A DNA stretch of 60,511 nucleotides from Patescibacteria group bacterium (GTDB taxonomy: Bacteria; Patescibacteriota; Minisyncoccia; 2-02-FULL-40-12; GWA2-44-9): contig JBBTYA010000002.1 of NCBI GenBank assembly GCA_038061995.1, positions 1-60,511 of the forward strand, read 5' to 3'. The position numbers and the translations under genes are program-made. The notes below the pieces were generated by a model that ran no database searches, was not told where the DNA came from, and was given only the letters and a program-made list of their open reading frames with translations. Positions 48,373-56,956 of the stretch are shown here, one piece after another (position 1 is the stretch's first letter; each line of letters begins with the position of its first letter).

Positions 48373-48611
48373 CACTGAGCAGTAGAGCTCACCACCTCTC
48401 ACTTTCAGGGCTTCAGAAAGCCAGTAACTTGTATCTCTTTTTGTAGATTCTAGCTATCTTTCAGGCAAACAGACTCGTAAGCATTTCGCTTTATTTTCGT
48501 CGATCGGCCTCAGCAAACATAGTTAGGTATTGGTTTTCTAAAACACTGAACAGCTCAGTCATCTCAGTTCGGAGAAACAAAAAGCACCACGCAATGTGGT
48601 GTTTTTTGTTT
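48373..48611 (+). ncRNA. Candidate AT-rich small RNA
   Basis: Promoter-to-terminator unit with no transcribable ORF; end-to-end ACTGAG/CTCAGT and GAGC/GCTC complementarity. Confidence 0.45.
48575..48611. repeat. Palindromic repeat copy 1 (bidirectional terminator-like)
   Basis: AAACAAAAAGCACCAC-gcaat-GTGGTGTTTTTTGTTT. Confidence 0.85.
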
Positions 48612-48703
48612 GTCAGAGGTATTGATTTTTAAAAGATTAATTGTATATTATGAGAAGGACGTTTGGCCGTTAAACTTCGTTCTTTTGAAAAAAGGAGAAG
48701 CCC

Positions 48704-48904
48704 ATGGGCTTCTGGAAGGCAAGTAAGCCGCACGACTCGGACAGTCCGATCGGGCGGCACATCGACGTGTACCATACGGATGATCGAGGTAAGCGCGATC
48801 AGCCGCATCATACCGACATGAAGATCGACTACGACGAATCCAAGCCGACCACGCAGGACATCCGCACGGACCTGCTGCAGACGGTGGACCTTCGCAACAA
48901 GTAG
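48704..48904 (+). CDS. Small hydrophilic hypothetical protein (orphan cassette)
   Basis: AAAGGAG SD; C/G-ending codons in an AT-rich context. Confidence 0.6.
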   Translation: MGFWKASKPHDSDSPIGRHIDVYHTDDRGKRDQPHHTDMKIDYDESKPTTQDIRTDLLQTVDLRNK

Positions 48905-48950
48905 TCGGAGGAGAGCTGGGCATCTCAAAAAACTGCCCCCCTATTTTTAT

Positions 48951-49235
48951 ATGGATATTCCCATCTCTCATACAAAAGGAGTACTTTCTTCGGGTGACGC
49001 ATGGGACGAAGCCCTATTGGAACGAGTCCGCTCTCTCGCGAGTACGCTTTCTTTTGCAACATTAGCAATGGTGTGGCTCCGTGAGCGACAAGTTGCCGGG
49101 GCTTCTGAAGAGGCAGTGCGCCAGCTCATGCGCGACCTCTCGCATTTTTCACATCAAGAACTTGTCGATCTCATTCATGAATTGGGCTCCGCTGCTGGTG
49201 AGCGGATTCTTAAAGAATACGGGAAAGATCGCTAA
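48951..49235 (+). CDS. Small hypothetical protein
   Basis: 94-aa ORF ending just before repeat copy 2. Confidence 0.55.
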   Translation: MDIPISHTKGVLSSGDAWDEALLERVRSLASTLSFATLAMVWLRERQVAGASEEAVRQLMRDLSHFSHQELVDLIHELGSAAGERILKEYGKDR

Positions 49236-49245
49236 CGGTTTATAC

Positions 49246-49280
49246 AAACAAAAAGCACCACAATACGTGGTGTTTTTTGT
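49246..49280. repeat. Palindromic repeat copy 2
   Basis: AAACAAAAAGCACCAC-aatac-GTGGTGTTTTTTGT. Confidence 0.85.
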
Positions 49281-49494
49281 AGGGCCTAAGAGCACACGAG
49301 TAATCTTACTTACCCAGCGACTTTCCCTTGCAGTACGGCCGCCCAGCCATCCCTTGCGGTACAACTACCGTACTCCCAAACCCTACATACAGGATGCGCC
49401 TCTTTTGGAGAGCGCCAAGAATTCTTCTGTGGATAACTCGTGAGCGCTTTACTGTGGGTAAAATATGTGGCATACTTCTATCTCCTTTTTTGCT

Positions 49495-50961
49495 ATGGCA
49501 CACGGCGAATCCATTATTCGGTTCGAAAAAGTATCATTTGAATATGGGCACAAGAAGCCCATCCTCTCGGAGGTAGATTTTTCCATTCGCCGTGGAGCGA
49601 AAATCACCATCATGGGACAGAACGGCGCGGGGAAGAGCACACTGTTTCACCTCATCACGCCATCGGGGCATGCGGGGGCGCTTGCTCCAGAGTCTGGCTC
49701 GGTGCATCGTGCACCGGGGCTTACTATTGCTATGGCTCGCCAAGTTATTGCTCGAGATCAGCTCGACATGACGGTGCGAGAATTCTTTCAGCAGTGCTTT
49801 GCGCAGAAGGTGCATGATATTGATCCCAAAATCGACGCAGTGCTTGAGGTAGTAAATCTTCATGCGCCCCATGATCGTATCGTGCGTTCATTTTCTGGCG
49901 GCCAGCAAGCGCGGCTTCTCTTAGCCTCCGCGCTTATCCAAGATGCGGATGTGTTGCTACTCGATGAGCCAACAAACAATTTAGATAAAGAAGGCATTGC
50001 TCACCTGCGCCAGTTCTTGGTGCACTATAAGAAAACGTGCGTGGTTATCTCTCACGACGCAGATTTCTTGAACGCTTTCACTGATGGCGTGCTTTATTTA
50101 GATATTTTCACGCGCAAGATAGAACAGTATCAGGGCAACTACTTTGATGTGGTGGAGCAGATTGCTGCACGTATTGAAAAAGAAAACAGTAAGAATGCCC
50201 GCCTTGCGAAAGAGGCTATAGAAAAGAAAGAGAAAGCAAACTACTTTGCCATGAAGGGTGGCCGGTTGCGCTTGCTTGCAAAGCGTATGCGTGAGGACGC
50301 GGCAGAAATGGAAGACTCGCAAGTTGATGTACGTAAGGAGGATAAAACCATTCGTCCTTTTACTATCCCTGCACAGCAAGGACTTATTGGGCCCGTAGTG
50401 AGCATTTCTTCCGTATCGGTAATCAAGGACCACAAAGCCACCACAAAGAAAGTGAATGTCGTGTTGCATAAAAATCGCCACCTCTTGCTTTCGGGCCCTA
50501 ATGGGATTGGAAAGAGCACGCTTCTTGAGTCGCTCGCATCAGGGAAAGCGAAGGGCGCAGTCATCGCTCCTGGGGTGAAGATCGGCTACTATCGCCAAGA
50601 TTTTTCGACCCTCAATTTTGAACACTCAGTGATGGAATCGCTGAAAACAGTCGGAGCCGGATTAAGTGACGAAGAATTGCGTGGTGTTGCTGCGAGCTTT
50701 CTTATTACCGGAGATACTATTTTTACCAAGATTGGTAGCTTATCTGAGGGACAGAAGGGACTTGTGGCGTTTATCCACTTAGTGTTGCAGAAACCCGGGC
50801 TCCTCATTTTAGATGAACCAACAAATCATATTAACTTCCGTCACATTCCCGTGATCGCGAAGGCGCTTGATGCCTATCAGGGCGCGATGATCCTCGTAAG
50901 TCACGTGCCAGAGTTTGTACACCAGATTCGTATTGATGAAATACTCGAGTTAGGGGAATAG
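49495..50961 (+). CDS. ABC-F family ATPase
   Basis: Two NBDs (GQNGAGKST/FSGGQQ/LLLDEPTNNLD; GPNGIGKST/LSEGQK/ILDEPTNH) with a linker and no TM. Confidence 0.93.
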   Translation: MAHGESIIRFEKVSFEYGHKKPILSEVDFSIRRGAKITIMGQNGAGKSTLFHLITPSGHAGALAPESGSVHRAPGLTIAMARQVIARDQLDMTVREFFQQCFAQKVHDIDPKIDAVLEVVNLHAPHDRIVRSFSGGQQARLLLASALIQDADVLLLDEPTNNLDKEGIAHLRQFLVHYKKTCVVISHDADFLNAFTDGVLYLDIFTRKIEQYQGNYFDVVEQIAARIEKENSKNARLAKEAIEKKEKANYFAMKGGRLRLLAKRMREDAAEMEDSQVDVRKEDKTIRPFTIPAQQGLIGPVVSISSVSVIKDHKATTKKVNVVLHKNRHLLLSGPNGIGKSTLLESLASGKAKGAVIAPGVKIGYYRQDFSTLNFEHSVMESLKTVGAGLSDEELRGVAASFLITGDTIFTKIGSLSEGQKGLVAFIHLVLQKPGLLILDEPTNHINFRHIPVIAKALDAYQGAMILVSHVPEFVHQIRIDEILELGE

Positions 50962-51025
50962 TTGACGAAGTGGCGCATGTGTGACAAAACCCCTTGCGTT
51001 CTTCAAAAAGTGTTATACTAAAGGG

Positions 51026-51514
51026 GTGAAAAATACTATCATTTTCGTTCTCGTAGTGGTTGTTTTGGGCGGTGTAGGGTATCTCCTCAAGGGAGAATAT
51101 GTGGATACTCCAGAGGTGGCAGAGCAAAAAGCAATTGGCGGCACGCTCGATATGAGCGGTAAGGGGCTTACAAAGGTGCCTTCTTATGTGTTTGAAGCCC
51201 GTGAAATCGCAGTGTTAGATCTCTCAAATAATGCACTCTCGGGTTCTCTCCCTGCTGAAGTGCGTCAGCTGCAGAATCTCAAAGTGTTGGACTTGAGTAA
51301 TAACGTATTTACGGGTGTGCCTGCAGAGATTGGCCAACTGGTGAATTTAGAGGTGCTTGATCTTTCCAACAACAAGATCACGGGGCTTCCAAATGAGCTT
51401 GGGAACCTTTCGAAGCTCACCACGCTTGATCTTTCTGGTAACCTATACTCAGAAATGGATCTTGCAGGTATTCGGGCGCGCTTGCCTGCGTCAACGGTGA
51501 TTAAAACACAGTAG
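51026..51514 (+). CDS. Membrane-anchored leucine-rich repeat protein
   Basis: N-terminal TM; repeated LxxLDLSxNxxxGxP units. Confidence 0.9.
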   Translation: MKNTIIFVLVVVVLGGVGYLLKGEYVDTPEVAEQKAIGGTLDMSGKGLTKVPSYVFEAREIAVLDLSNNALSGSLPAEVRQLQNLKVLDLSNNVFTGVPAEIGQLVNLEVLDLSNNKITGLPNELGNLSKLTTLDLSGNLYSEMDLAGIRARLPASTVIKTQ

Positions 51515-51545
51515 ACCCTTGCGAGTCGGCGTCTCTCTTCGTTCT

Positions 51546-51836
51546 ATGTTCACAACGTACTTACGATACATTCGCGATAATCCTCAGCATCTGTGGTTTA
51601 AGCGGAAGTGGTATGGATGGGGATGGACGCCAGCAACGTGGCAAGGGTGGGTGGTTACTCTCGCGTATGTTGGCATCATCGTGCGTCTCAGCTTAACTGT
51701 TGATGAGGCATACATGGGTCAAGAAGTCATTCGTGAGTTTGTTATTCCTGTTGTGGTGCTTACTGCCGCACTTCTTTGTGTGGCATACGCGACGGGCGAG
51801 CGGCCACGTTGGCAATGGGGAGCGCCCAAAGAATAG
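51546..51836 (+). CDS. Small membrane protein (WFKRKWYGWGWTPATWQGW)
   Basis: Trp-rich motif plus 2 TM helices. Confidence 0.7.
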   Translation: MFTTYLRYIRDNPQHLWFKRKWYGWGWTPATWQGWVVTLAYVGIIVRLSLTVDEAYMGQEVIREFVIPVVVLTAALLCVAYATGERPRWQWGAPKE

Positions 51837-51838
51837 GA

Positions 51839-52084
51839 ATGTACGTTGTTTATATTCTGAAGTGTCGGGACGGTAGTTTGTATACAGGTATCACCACCGA
51901 TGTGGTGCGTCGTTTGCGCGAGCATAAGACGGGGAAGGGCGGTAACTATACGCGCGCTCACGGCGCAGTGCGTATGGTGTACCAAGAACGGTGCGGCTCG
52001 CGGAGTACCGCACTGAAGCGTGAAGCAGCTATAAAACGCCTTCCGCGTGTGCAAAAAGAGGCGCTCGTAAACAGGCGCGTATAA
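51839..52084 (+). CDS. GIY-YIG nuclease (YhbQ/YazA-like)
   Basis: YVVYILKCRDGSLYTGIT.D..RR..EH..GKG..YTR, ALKREAAIK. Confidence 0.92.
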   Translation: MYVVYILKCRDGSLYTGITTDVVRRLREHKTGKGGNYTRAHGAVRMVYQERCGSRSTALKREAAIKRLPRVQKEALVNRRV

Positions 52085-52127
52085 TTATCTTCTTTTCAGA
52101 AGAGTGGGAGGGGTGTACAGTAGATGT

Positions 52128-52289
52128 ATGAATCACAATACTTCTTCGGATGCGGTGTATGGTATGGGGCTTATTGGCGCGGCAGTGTATTTCATCCAGC
52201 AAGCAGATTCATTTAGTACCGGGCTTCTAGGGCTTTTGAAAGCATTTGTGTGGCCAGCACTTTTAGTATACCGCTTCCTTGCGCTCTAG
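52128..52289 (+). CDS. Small membrane protein
   Basis: VYGMGLIGAAVYFIQ..SF..GLL..LKAFVWPA.LVY. Confidence 0.7.
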   Translation: MNHNTSSDAVYGMGLIGAAVYFIQQADSFSTGLLGLLKAFVWPALLVYRFLAL

Positions 52290-52327
52290 TGGGCAGTAGA
52301 GTATACCTTACGCTTAGGAGGCATCAC

Positions 52328-52597
52328 ATGGCTGAAGAGGTGAGCGTTGTATCCTTTTTCGTTTGTTCGGATGAAAAATGTCGTCTTAGCTGGCGGCATG
52401 GCCATTTCACTATCCCGCTTGGGTCCGGGCTGGGCGAGATCTGGTCCAAGGCACTCTTCTCGCAGGCGAGCGCGCGTGAGTACATTTGGGAGCACTTTCC
52501 GCGAGAGGACCGAGAGCGTCTTCAGAAGGAAGTGGGAGCCACGGAGCTCCCGCTCATGCTCGAGGATGACATTGGTGACCCTGACGAGGACGAGTAG
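52328..52597 (+). CDS. Small hypothetical protein (orphan cassette)
   Basis: AGGAGG SD; terminator at 52609-52646. Confidence 0.7.
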   Translation: MAEEVSVVSFFVCSDEKCRLSWRHGHFTIPLGSGLGEIWSKALFSQASAREYIWEHFPREDRERLQKEVGATELPLMLEDDIGDPDEDE

Positions 52598-52608
52598 CTG
52601 TCAGCCTA

Positions 52609-52646
52609 CACCCCGTACGAACGTATCGTGCGGGGTGGTTTTATTT
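52609..52646 (+). terminator. Intrinsic terminator
   Basis: CACCCCGTACGA-acgta-TCGTGCGGGGTG followed by a T-rich tract. Confidence 0.8.
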
Positions 52647-52673
52647 GATATTTTTACAGTTTTATGGTATGAT
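52645..52673 (+). promoter_or_regulatory. Sigma70-type promoter for the DEAD-box gene
   Basis: TTGATA-17-TATGAT. Confidence 0.7.
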
Positions 52674-52748
52674 TGTTCCACGTAGCTTTGATCTCTCGCG
52701 GTGAGGCTTTGTGAAACGCGCGGTGGGTTCTCTAGTTCGTATTTTATT

Positions 52749-53981
52749 TTGGAACAAAACACATCACTACCGTCAGTTGGATTCTCTGGGTTAACTATCG
52801 CCCCGTTGTTTTTAGAGGCGCTTGTGCGCATGAACTACACGGAGCCAACGCCTATTCAGCAACAAGTTATTCCCGTTGCTATTGAAGGCAAAGATATCGT
52901 CGGCATCGCACAAACGGGCACGGGAAAAACGCTCGCTTTCTGCTTGCCTATGCTTCAGCGCCTTTCAAACATGGATGCGCAAGGGCTGGTGCTCGTCCCA
53001 ACACGCGAGCTTGCTACTCAGGTTGAGGAATCTATTCAAGAAATAAGCAAAGGTATGGGCGTTCGCACTGCCGTGCTGATCGGTGGCGCGCAAATGTACC
53101 CGCAAGTTCGTGCGCTACGAAACAACCCCCATATTATTGTAGCAACCCCTGGTCGCTTCATGGACCACCTCAAGCAAAAGCATTTTAATCTGACACGCGT
53201 GCGCGTTGTCGTACTTGATGAAGCTGATCGCATGCTTGATATGGGTTTTGCGCAGCAAATCACTACGATCTTAAAGATGATCTCAACAGAGCGTCAGACG
53301 ATGCTCTTCTCAGCGACAATGCCTCCAGAGATTATGAAACTTGCAACGGGGCACATGCAGTTGCCTATTCGCATTGAAATCGCGCCAGCAGGAACGACAG
53401 CTTCTCGTGTAACGCAAGAAATTTTCATTGTGCAACGCGACGCAAAGATCCCTATGGTAGAAAAGCTGCTTGCACAGTATTCGGGTACGACACTTATTTT
53501 CTCTAAAACGAAGCACGGAGCTCGTAAGTTAACTGACATGATCCGCGGCATGGGCCATACGGTTGCTGAATTGCACGCAAACCGTTCGCTTGGTCAGCGT
53601 CGTGAAGCACTCGCTGGATTTAAATCTGGCGCGTATCGCGTGCTCGTCGCTACCGATATTGCATCTCGCGGTATTGATGTAACGGGTATCGAGCTGGTGA
53701 TCAACTTTGACTTGCCGATGAACCCTGAGGATTATGTGCACCGCATTGGGCGCACTGCTCGCGCAGGTGCTGGCGGACACGCCATTTCTCTCGCAACGCC
53801 AGATCAACGTGGCACATTGCGTAACATTGAACGCATTATCCGCATGGAGATTCCTGTCTCAGAGGGGCCAGGCATGCCGCCACTCGCGCGGCAGGGTGGC
53901 CAAGATTCTCGTCCGTTTGCCGCTCGTCGCCGTACATTCGGCGCACGCCGTGGTTTTCGTTCTCGCCGCCGCTCGTTTTAG
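52749..53981 (+). CDS. DEAD-box RNA helicase
   Basis: PTPIQ, AQTGTGKT, PTRELA, DEAD, SAT, ASRGID, HRIGRTAR; start codon uncertain (TTG). Confidence 0.96.
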   Translation: MEQNTSLPSVGFSGLTIAPLFLEALVRMNYTEPTPIQQQVIPVAIEGKDIVGIAQTGTGKTLAFCLPMLQRLSNMDAQGLVLVPTRELATQVEESIQEISKGMGVRTAVLIGGAQMYPQVRALRNNPHIIVATPGRFMDHLKQKHFNLTRVRVVVLDEADRMLDMGFAQQITTILKMISTERQTMLFSATMPPEIMKLATGHMQLPIRIEIAPAGTTASRVTQEIFIVQRDAKIPMVEKLLAQYSGTTLIFSKTKHGARKLTDMIRGMGHTVAELHANRSLGQRREALAGFKSGAYRVLVATDIASRGIDVTGIELVINFDLPMNPEDYVHRIGRTARAGAGGHAISLATPDQRGTLRNIERIIRMEIPVSEGPGMPPLARQGGQDSRPFAARRRTFGARRGFRSRRRSF

Positions 53982-54020
53982 TAGGTAGCATATGCCCTTT
54001 GTTTGTGGTATACTCACTGT

Positions 54021-54983
54021 ATGTTAGTTGATGACGTCACTATTTCAGTAAAAGCAGGAGATGGCGGCACGGGTGCCGTCGCTTTTGATAAGAACAAAAT
54101 GAGCCTTGGCCCTTCGGGAGCCAGCGGCGGCAATGGCGCAGACGTCTACATGGAAGGTGTCGCAGATATCGGTGCACTGACGCAGTTCCGTAACGTCAAA
54201 GAAGTCAAGGCAACTGATGGAGAGGACGGCAACCCTCAATTTCGTGATGGGCGTGACGGAGAGCCGGTAGTACTCAAAATTCCTGTTGGTACCGTTATTC
54301 ACAATCTCGATACAGGAGAAGATCAAGAGGTCATTAGCACGCACGATCGTGTTCTTGTGGCTCGTGGTGGGAAGGGTGGGAAGGGCAACTTCCACTTCCG
54401 TTCTTCAATAAATACAAGTCCAAAAGAATTCCAAGAGGGAACCCCGGGTGAATTTTTCCACATTCGTCTCGAGTTGAAACTTATCGCTGACGTTGGTTTC
54501 GTCGGGCTTCCTAATGCTGGGAAATCGAGCCTCCTGAACGAGCTTACGAACGCAAAGAGTCGTGTAGCGAACTATCCTTTTACCACACTAGAACCAAACC
54601 TTGGTTCATATTACGGACTCATTCTCGCCGACATTCCGGGTCTCATTGAAGGCGCGTCGCAAGGAAAGGGTCTTGGTATTCGTTTTCTCCAACACGTGGA
54701 ACGCACGAAGACGCTTTTTCATCTTATCTCAGCAGAGTCACTTGATCCTGTTGCTGATTATAAAACAGTGCGCAGTGAACTCTCTGCATATCGCGAGACA
54801 CTTGGCGCGAAGCCAGAGCATGTCTTTTTAAGTAAGAGCGATATGGTGACGCCAGAAGTGTTTGCAGAACACGTTGCCGCCCTAAAGAAGATAGGTGTTG
54901 CAGCAACGCCATTGTCTATCCACGATTCTGAGAGCCTTGCTCACGTAGAAACGATTCTACGCAGTATCCAGAAAGAAAAGTAG
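54021..54983 (+). CDS. obgE: GTPase Obg/CgtA (short form)
   Basis: AGDGG.G, GGKGGKGN, GLPNAGKSS, YPFTTLEPNLG, DIPGLIEGA. Confidence 0.96.
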   Translation: MLVDDVTISVKAGDGGTGAVAFDKNKMSLGPSGASGGNGADVYMEGVADIGALTQFRNVKEVKATDGEDGNPQFRDGRDGEPVVLKIPVGTVIHNLDTGEDQEVISTHDRVLVARGGKGGKGNFHFRSSINTSPKEFQEGTPGEFFHIRLELKLIADVGFVGLPNAGKSSLLNELTNAKSRVANYPFTTLEPNLGSYYGLILADIPGLIEGASQGKGLGIRFLQHVERTKTLFHLISAESLDPVADYKTVRSELSAYRETLGAKPEHVFLSKSDMVTPEVFAEHVAALKKIGVAATPLSIHDSESLAHVETILRSIQKEK

Positions 54984-55023
54984 TGCCTTGCGCGCTGTGG
55001 CGTATTTTCTATACTAGCGACAT

Positions 55024-55614
55024 ATGAATAAAGCCTTATTGTTAGGGATTGGTGGGGTTGTCGTTGTCGGCGGTATTGCGTGGGCGGTGATGAGCGGAGG
55101 GGATGAGGGCGATCTTAGTGGTGGTACTACGCTCGCGGGGCAAGAAGAAACAACCCTGCGCGCGCTCTTAGGGAATACCACACCTCAAAAGTGTGTGTAT
55201 GCTATCCCGGAATCTCCGGCTGACGAAACAGCAACTGCATATATTGCGAACGGAAAGCTTCGTCTTGACGTTTCTAGCGCGGAAGGCGTACATAGCATTA
55301 TGCGCGATAACGTAGTCTACGTATGGCGCGACGGCGCACGGGAAGGTATGCGCATCAATGCCCAGGCCCCAACCGAGACGCAGAAAGTGGATTCACAGAA
55401 TGTTGGTCTTGATGAAAGTGTCAAAGCTTCATGCGAAGACTGGCGCGTTGATGCTTCTCTGTTTGAGCTTCCTAAGGGTGTAACGTTCCAAGATCTTTCT
55501 GCGCTTATGCCACAAACGGGTGCCGCCTCTGGTGCCTCTGCGCAGTGTGGTATGTGTGCATCATTGCCTGCAGATCAGCAAGGAGCTTGCAAGCAAGCTC
55601 TCAAGTGTCAGTAG
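55024..55614 (+). CDS. Exported hypothetical protein with a C-terminal Cys motif
   Basis: N-terminal TM; C..W.VD.S.F..P and CGMC...C...C. Confidence 0.7.
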   Translation: MNKALLLGIGGVVVVGGIAWAVMSGGDEGDLSGGTTLAGQEETTLRALLGNTTPQKCVYAIPESPADETATAYIANGKLRLDVSSAEGVHSIMRDNVVYVWRDGAREGMRINAQAPTETQKVDSQNVGLDESVKASCEDWRVDASLFELPKGVTFQDLSALMPQTGAASGASAQCGMCASLPADQQGACKQALKCQ

Positions 55615-55675
55615 CACTGCGAGTGTTGGCTAAGCACCACTTCCGATTCGTTCAGAAATACGATATTATATACCC

Positions 55676-56404
55676 ATGTCTGCACTTGGTTCTCTGGTAG
55701 CGGCAACGCTCCTTATCAGCGCCGGTTCCCTTATCGGCGCGCTCACACTCTTCTGGCAAGGGGCCCAAGGGAAAAAAGTATTGCTATTGTTGGTAGGGCT
55801 TTCTGCCGGCGCGCTCATCGGCAACGCTTTTTTACATTTGTTGCCTGAAGCTGCTGAATCGTTGGAAAGCGTGCTCTTGTTCCGCATCGTTCTTGTTTCG
55901 TTTATCGTATTCTTTCTTATCGAGAAAGTGCTGCACTGGCGCCACTGCCACGAGGGCGTTTGTCCTGAGCATGCGTTTGGGACGATGAACCTCATCGGTG
56001 ATTTTGTGCACAATTTCATCGATGGGCTTATTCTCGCAGCGACCTTTGCCGTTGATGCATCGCTTGGATGGGCAACCGCTATCGCTGTTGCGATGCACGA
56101 AACTCCTCAAGAGATTAGTGACTTTGGTGTGCTGTTGTATGCGGGATTTTCTCGTGGGCGGGCGCTTGTGTGGAATTTTTTCGTGTCTTTGGGAGTAGTG
56201 TTCGGGGGCATCATTGGATGGTATGCAGTCGAGCACGTTACTGATATGGTTCCCCTTCTTTTGCCTATCGCCGCAGGAGGCTTCTTGTACATTGCAGCTT
56301 CAGATCTCATGCCAGAGCTTCGTCGTGAAACGCAATTTAACACCTCGGCCCTTTCGTTTATGATGTTCCTTGTCGGCGTTGCCATGATGTTCTTTATAGG
56401 ATAA
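55676..56404 (+). CDS. ZIP-family metal transporter
   Basis: AFLHLLPEA, HWRHCH, DFVHNFIDG, HETPQE..DF, AGGFLYIA.SDL.PE. Confidence 0.94.
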   Translation: MSALGSLVAATLLISAGSLIGALTLFWQGAQGKKVLLLLVGLSAGALIGNAFLHLLPEAAESLESVLLFRIVLVSFIVFFLIEKVLHWRHCHEGVCPEHAFGTMNLIGDFVHNFIDGLILAATFAVDASLGWATAIAVAMHETPQEISDFGVLLYAGFSRGRALVWNFFVSLGVVFGGIIGWYAVEHVTDMVPLLLPIAAGGFLYIAASDLMPELRRETQFNTSALSFMMFLVGVAMMFFIG

Positions 56405-56408
56405 CGAT

Positions 56409-56897
56409 ATGACCGTATCTCTATTGAAGCGTTTTATACGAATGAATGGGTTTCCACTTCTTTTTGCGGCGGCGCTTTTCACTGCGGGGTGGTTTATCCT
56501 CAAGGGGCAGACAATTACATTTCCTGGTGTGCAGGTGGGGAAGAACGCATTGCTCGTCGTTGACCAGCGTCCGGGGCTCGCAACTCGCGTTGAGCTCGCC
56601 GCGCTTGATCGCCCTGGGTTTGTGGTGATCCAGTATGCCATCGTACGACCTGGTGCGCGCTCGTATGCGGGCGCTACACCACTGCTTGAGGTCGGGGAGC
56701 ATCAAGGCATAGAGATTGTGCTCTCATCGCCTACAAAAGATGGAGAAGGGTATGTCGCGGTGCTCTACGCTGACGATGGTGACGAGCGCTTTGATCCGCT
56801 ACTCGATACGCCTATCACCGATGTGTGGAAGAACCCCATTGCAGCACTTTTCCACACGCTTGATTCCGCAAAAGACTCCTGGGACATACGTTTTTAG
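56409..56897 (+). CDS. Membrane-anchored hypothetical protein
   Basis: TM segment, then PGFVVI...G...A.LY.DDGD..FD..LD.P beta domain. Confidence 0.7.
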   Translation: MTVSLLKRFIRMNGFPLLFAAALFTAGWFILKGQTITFPGVQVGKNALLVVDQRPGLATRVELAALDRPGFVVIQYAIVRPGARSYAGATPLLEVGEHQGIEIVLSSPTKDGEGYVAVLYADDGDERFDPLLDTPITDVWKNPIAALFHTLDSAKDSWDIRF

Positions 56898-56956
56898 AGA
56901 AGTTTTGTGTGCATAAATGTTCTTGCGCTTAAGAGTGGGCGTTATATACTTAGTGT

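Noticed and set aside
49427-49435. DnaA box (TGTGGATAA) suggesting oriC
   Set aside because: It is a single box with no cluster, DUE or dnaA/dnaN nearby.
51839-52084. Second GIY-YIG as another mobile tRNA element
   Set aside because: No tRNA or flanking duplication is present; it resembles the widespread chromosomal YhbQ/YazA type.
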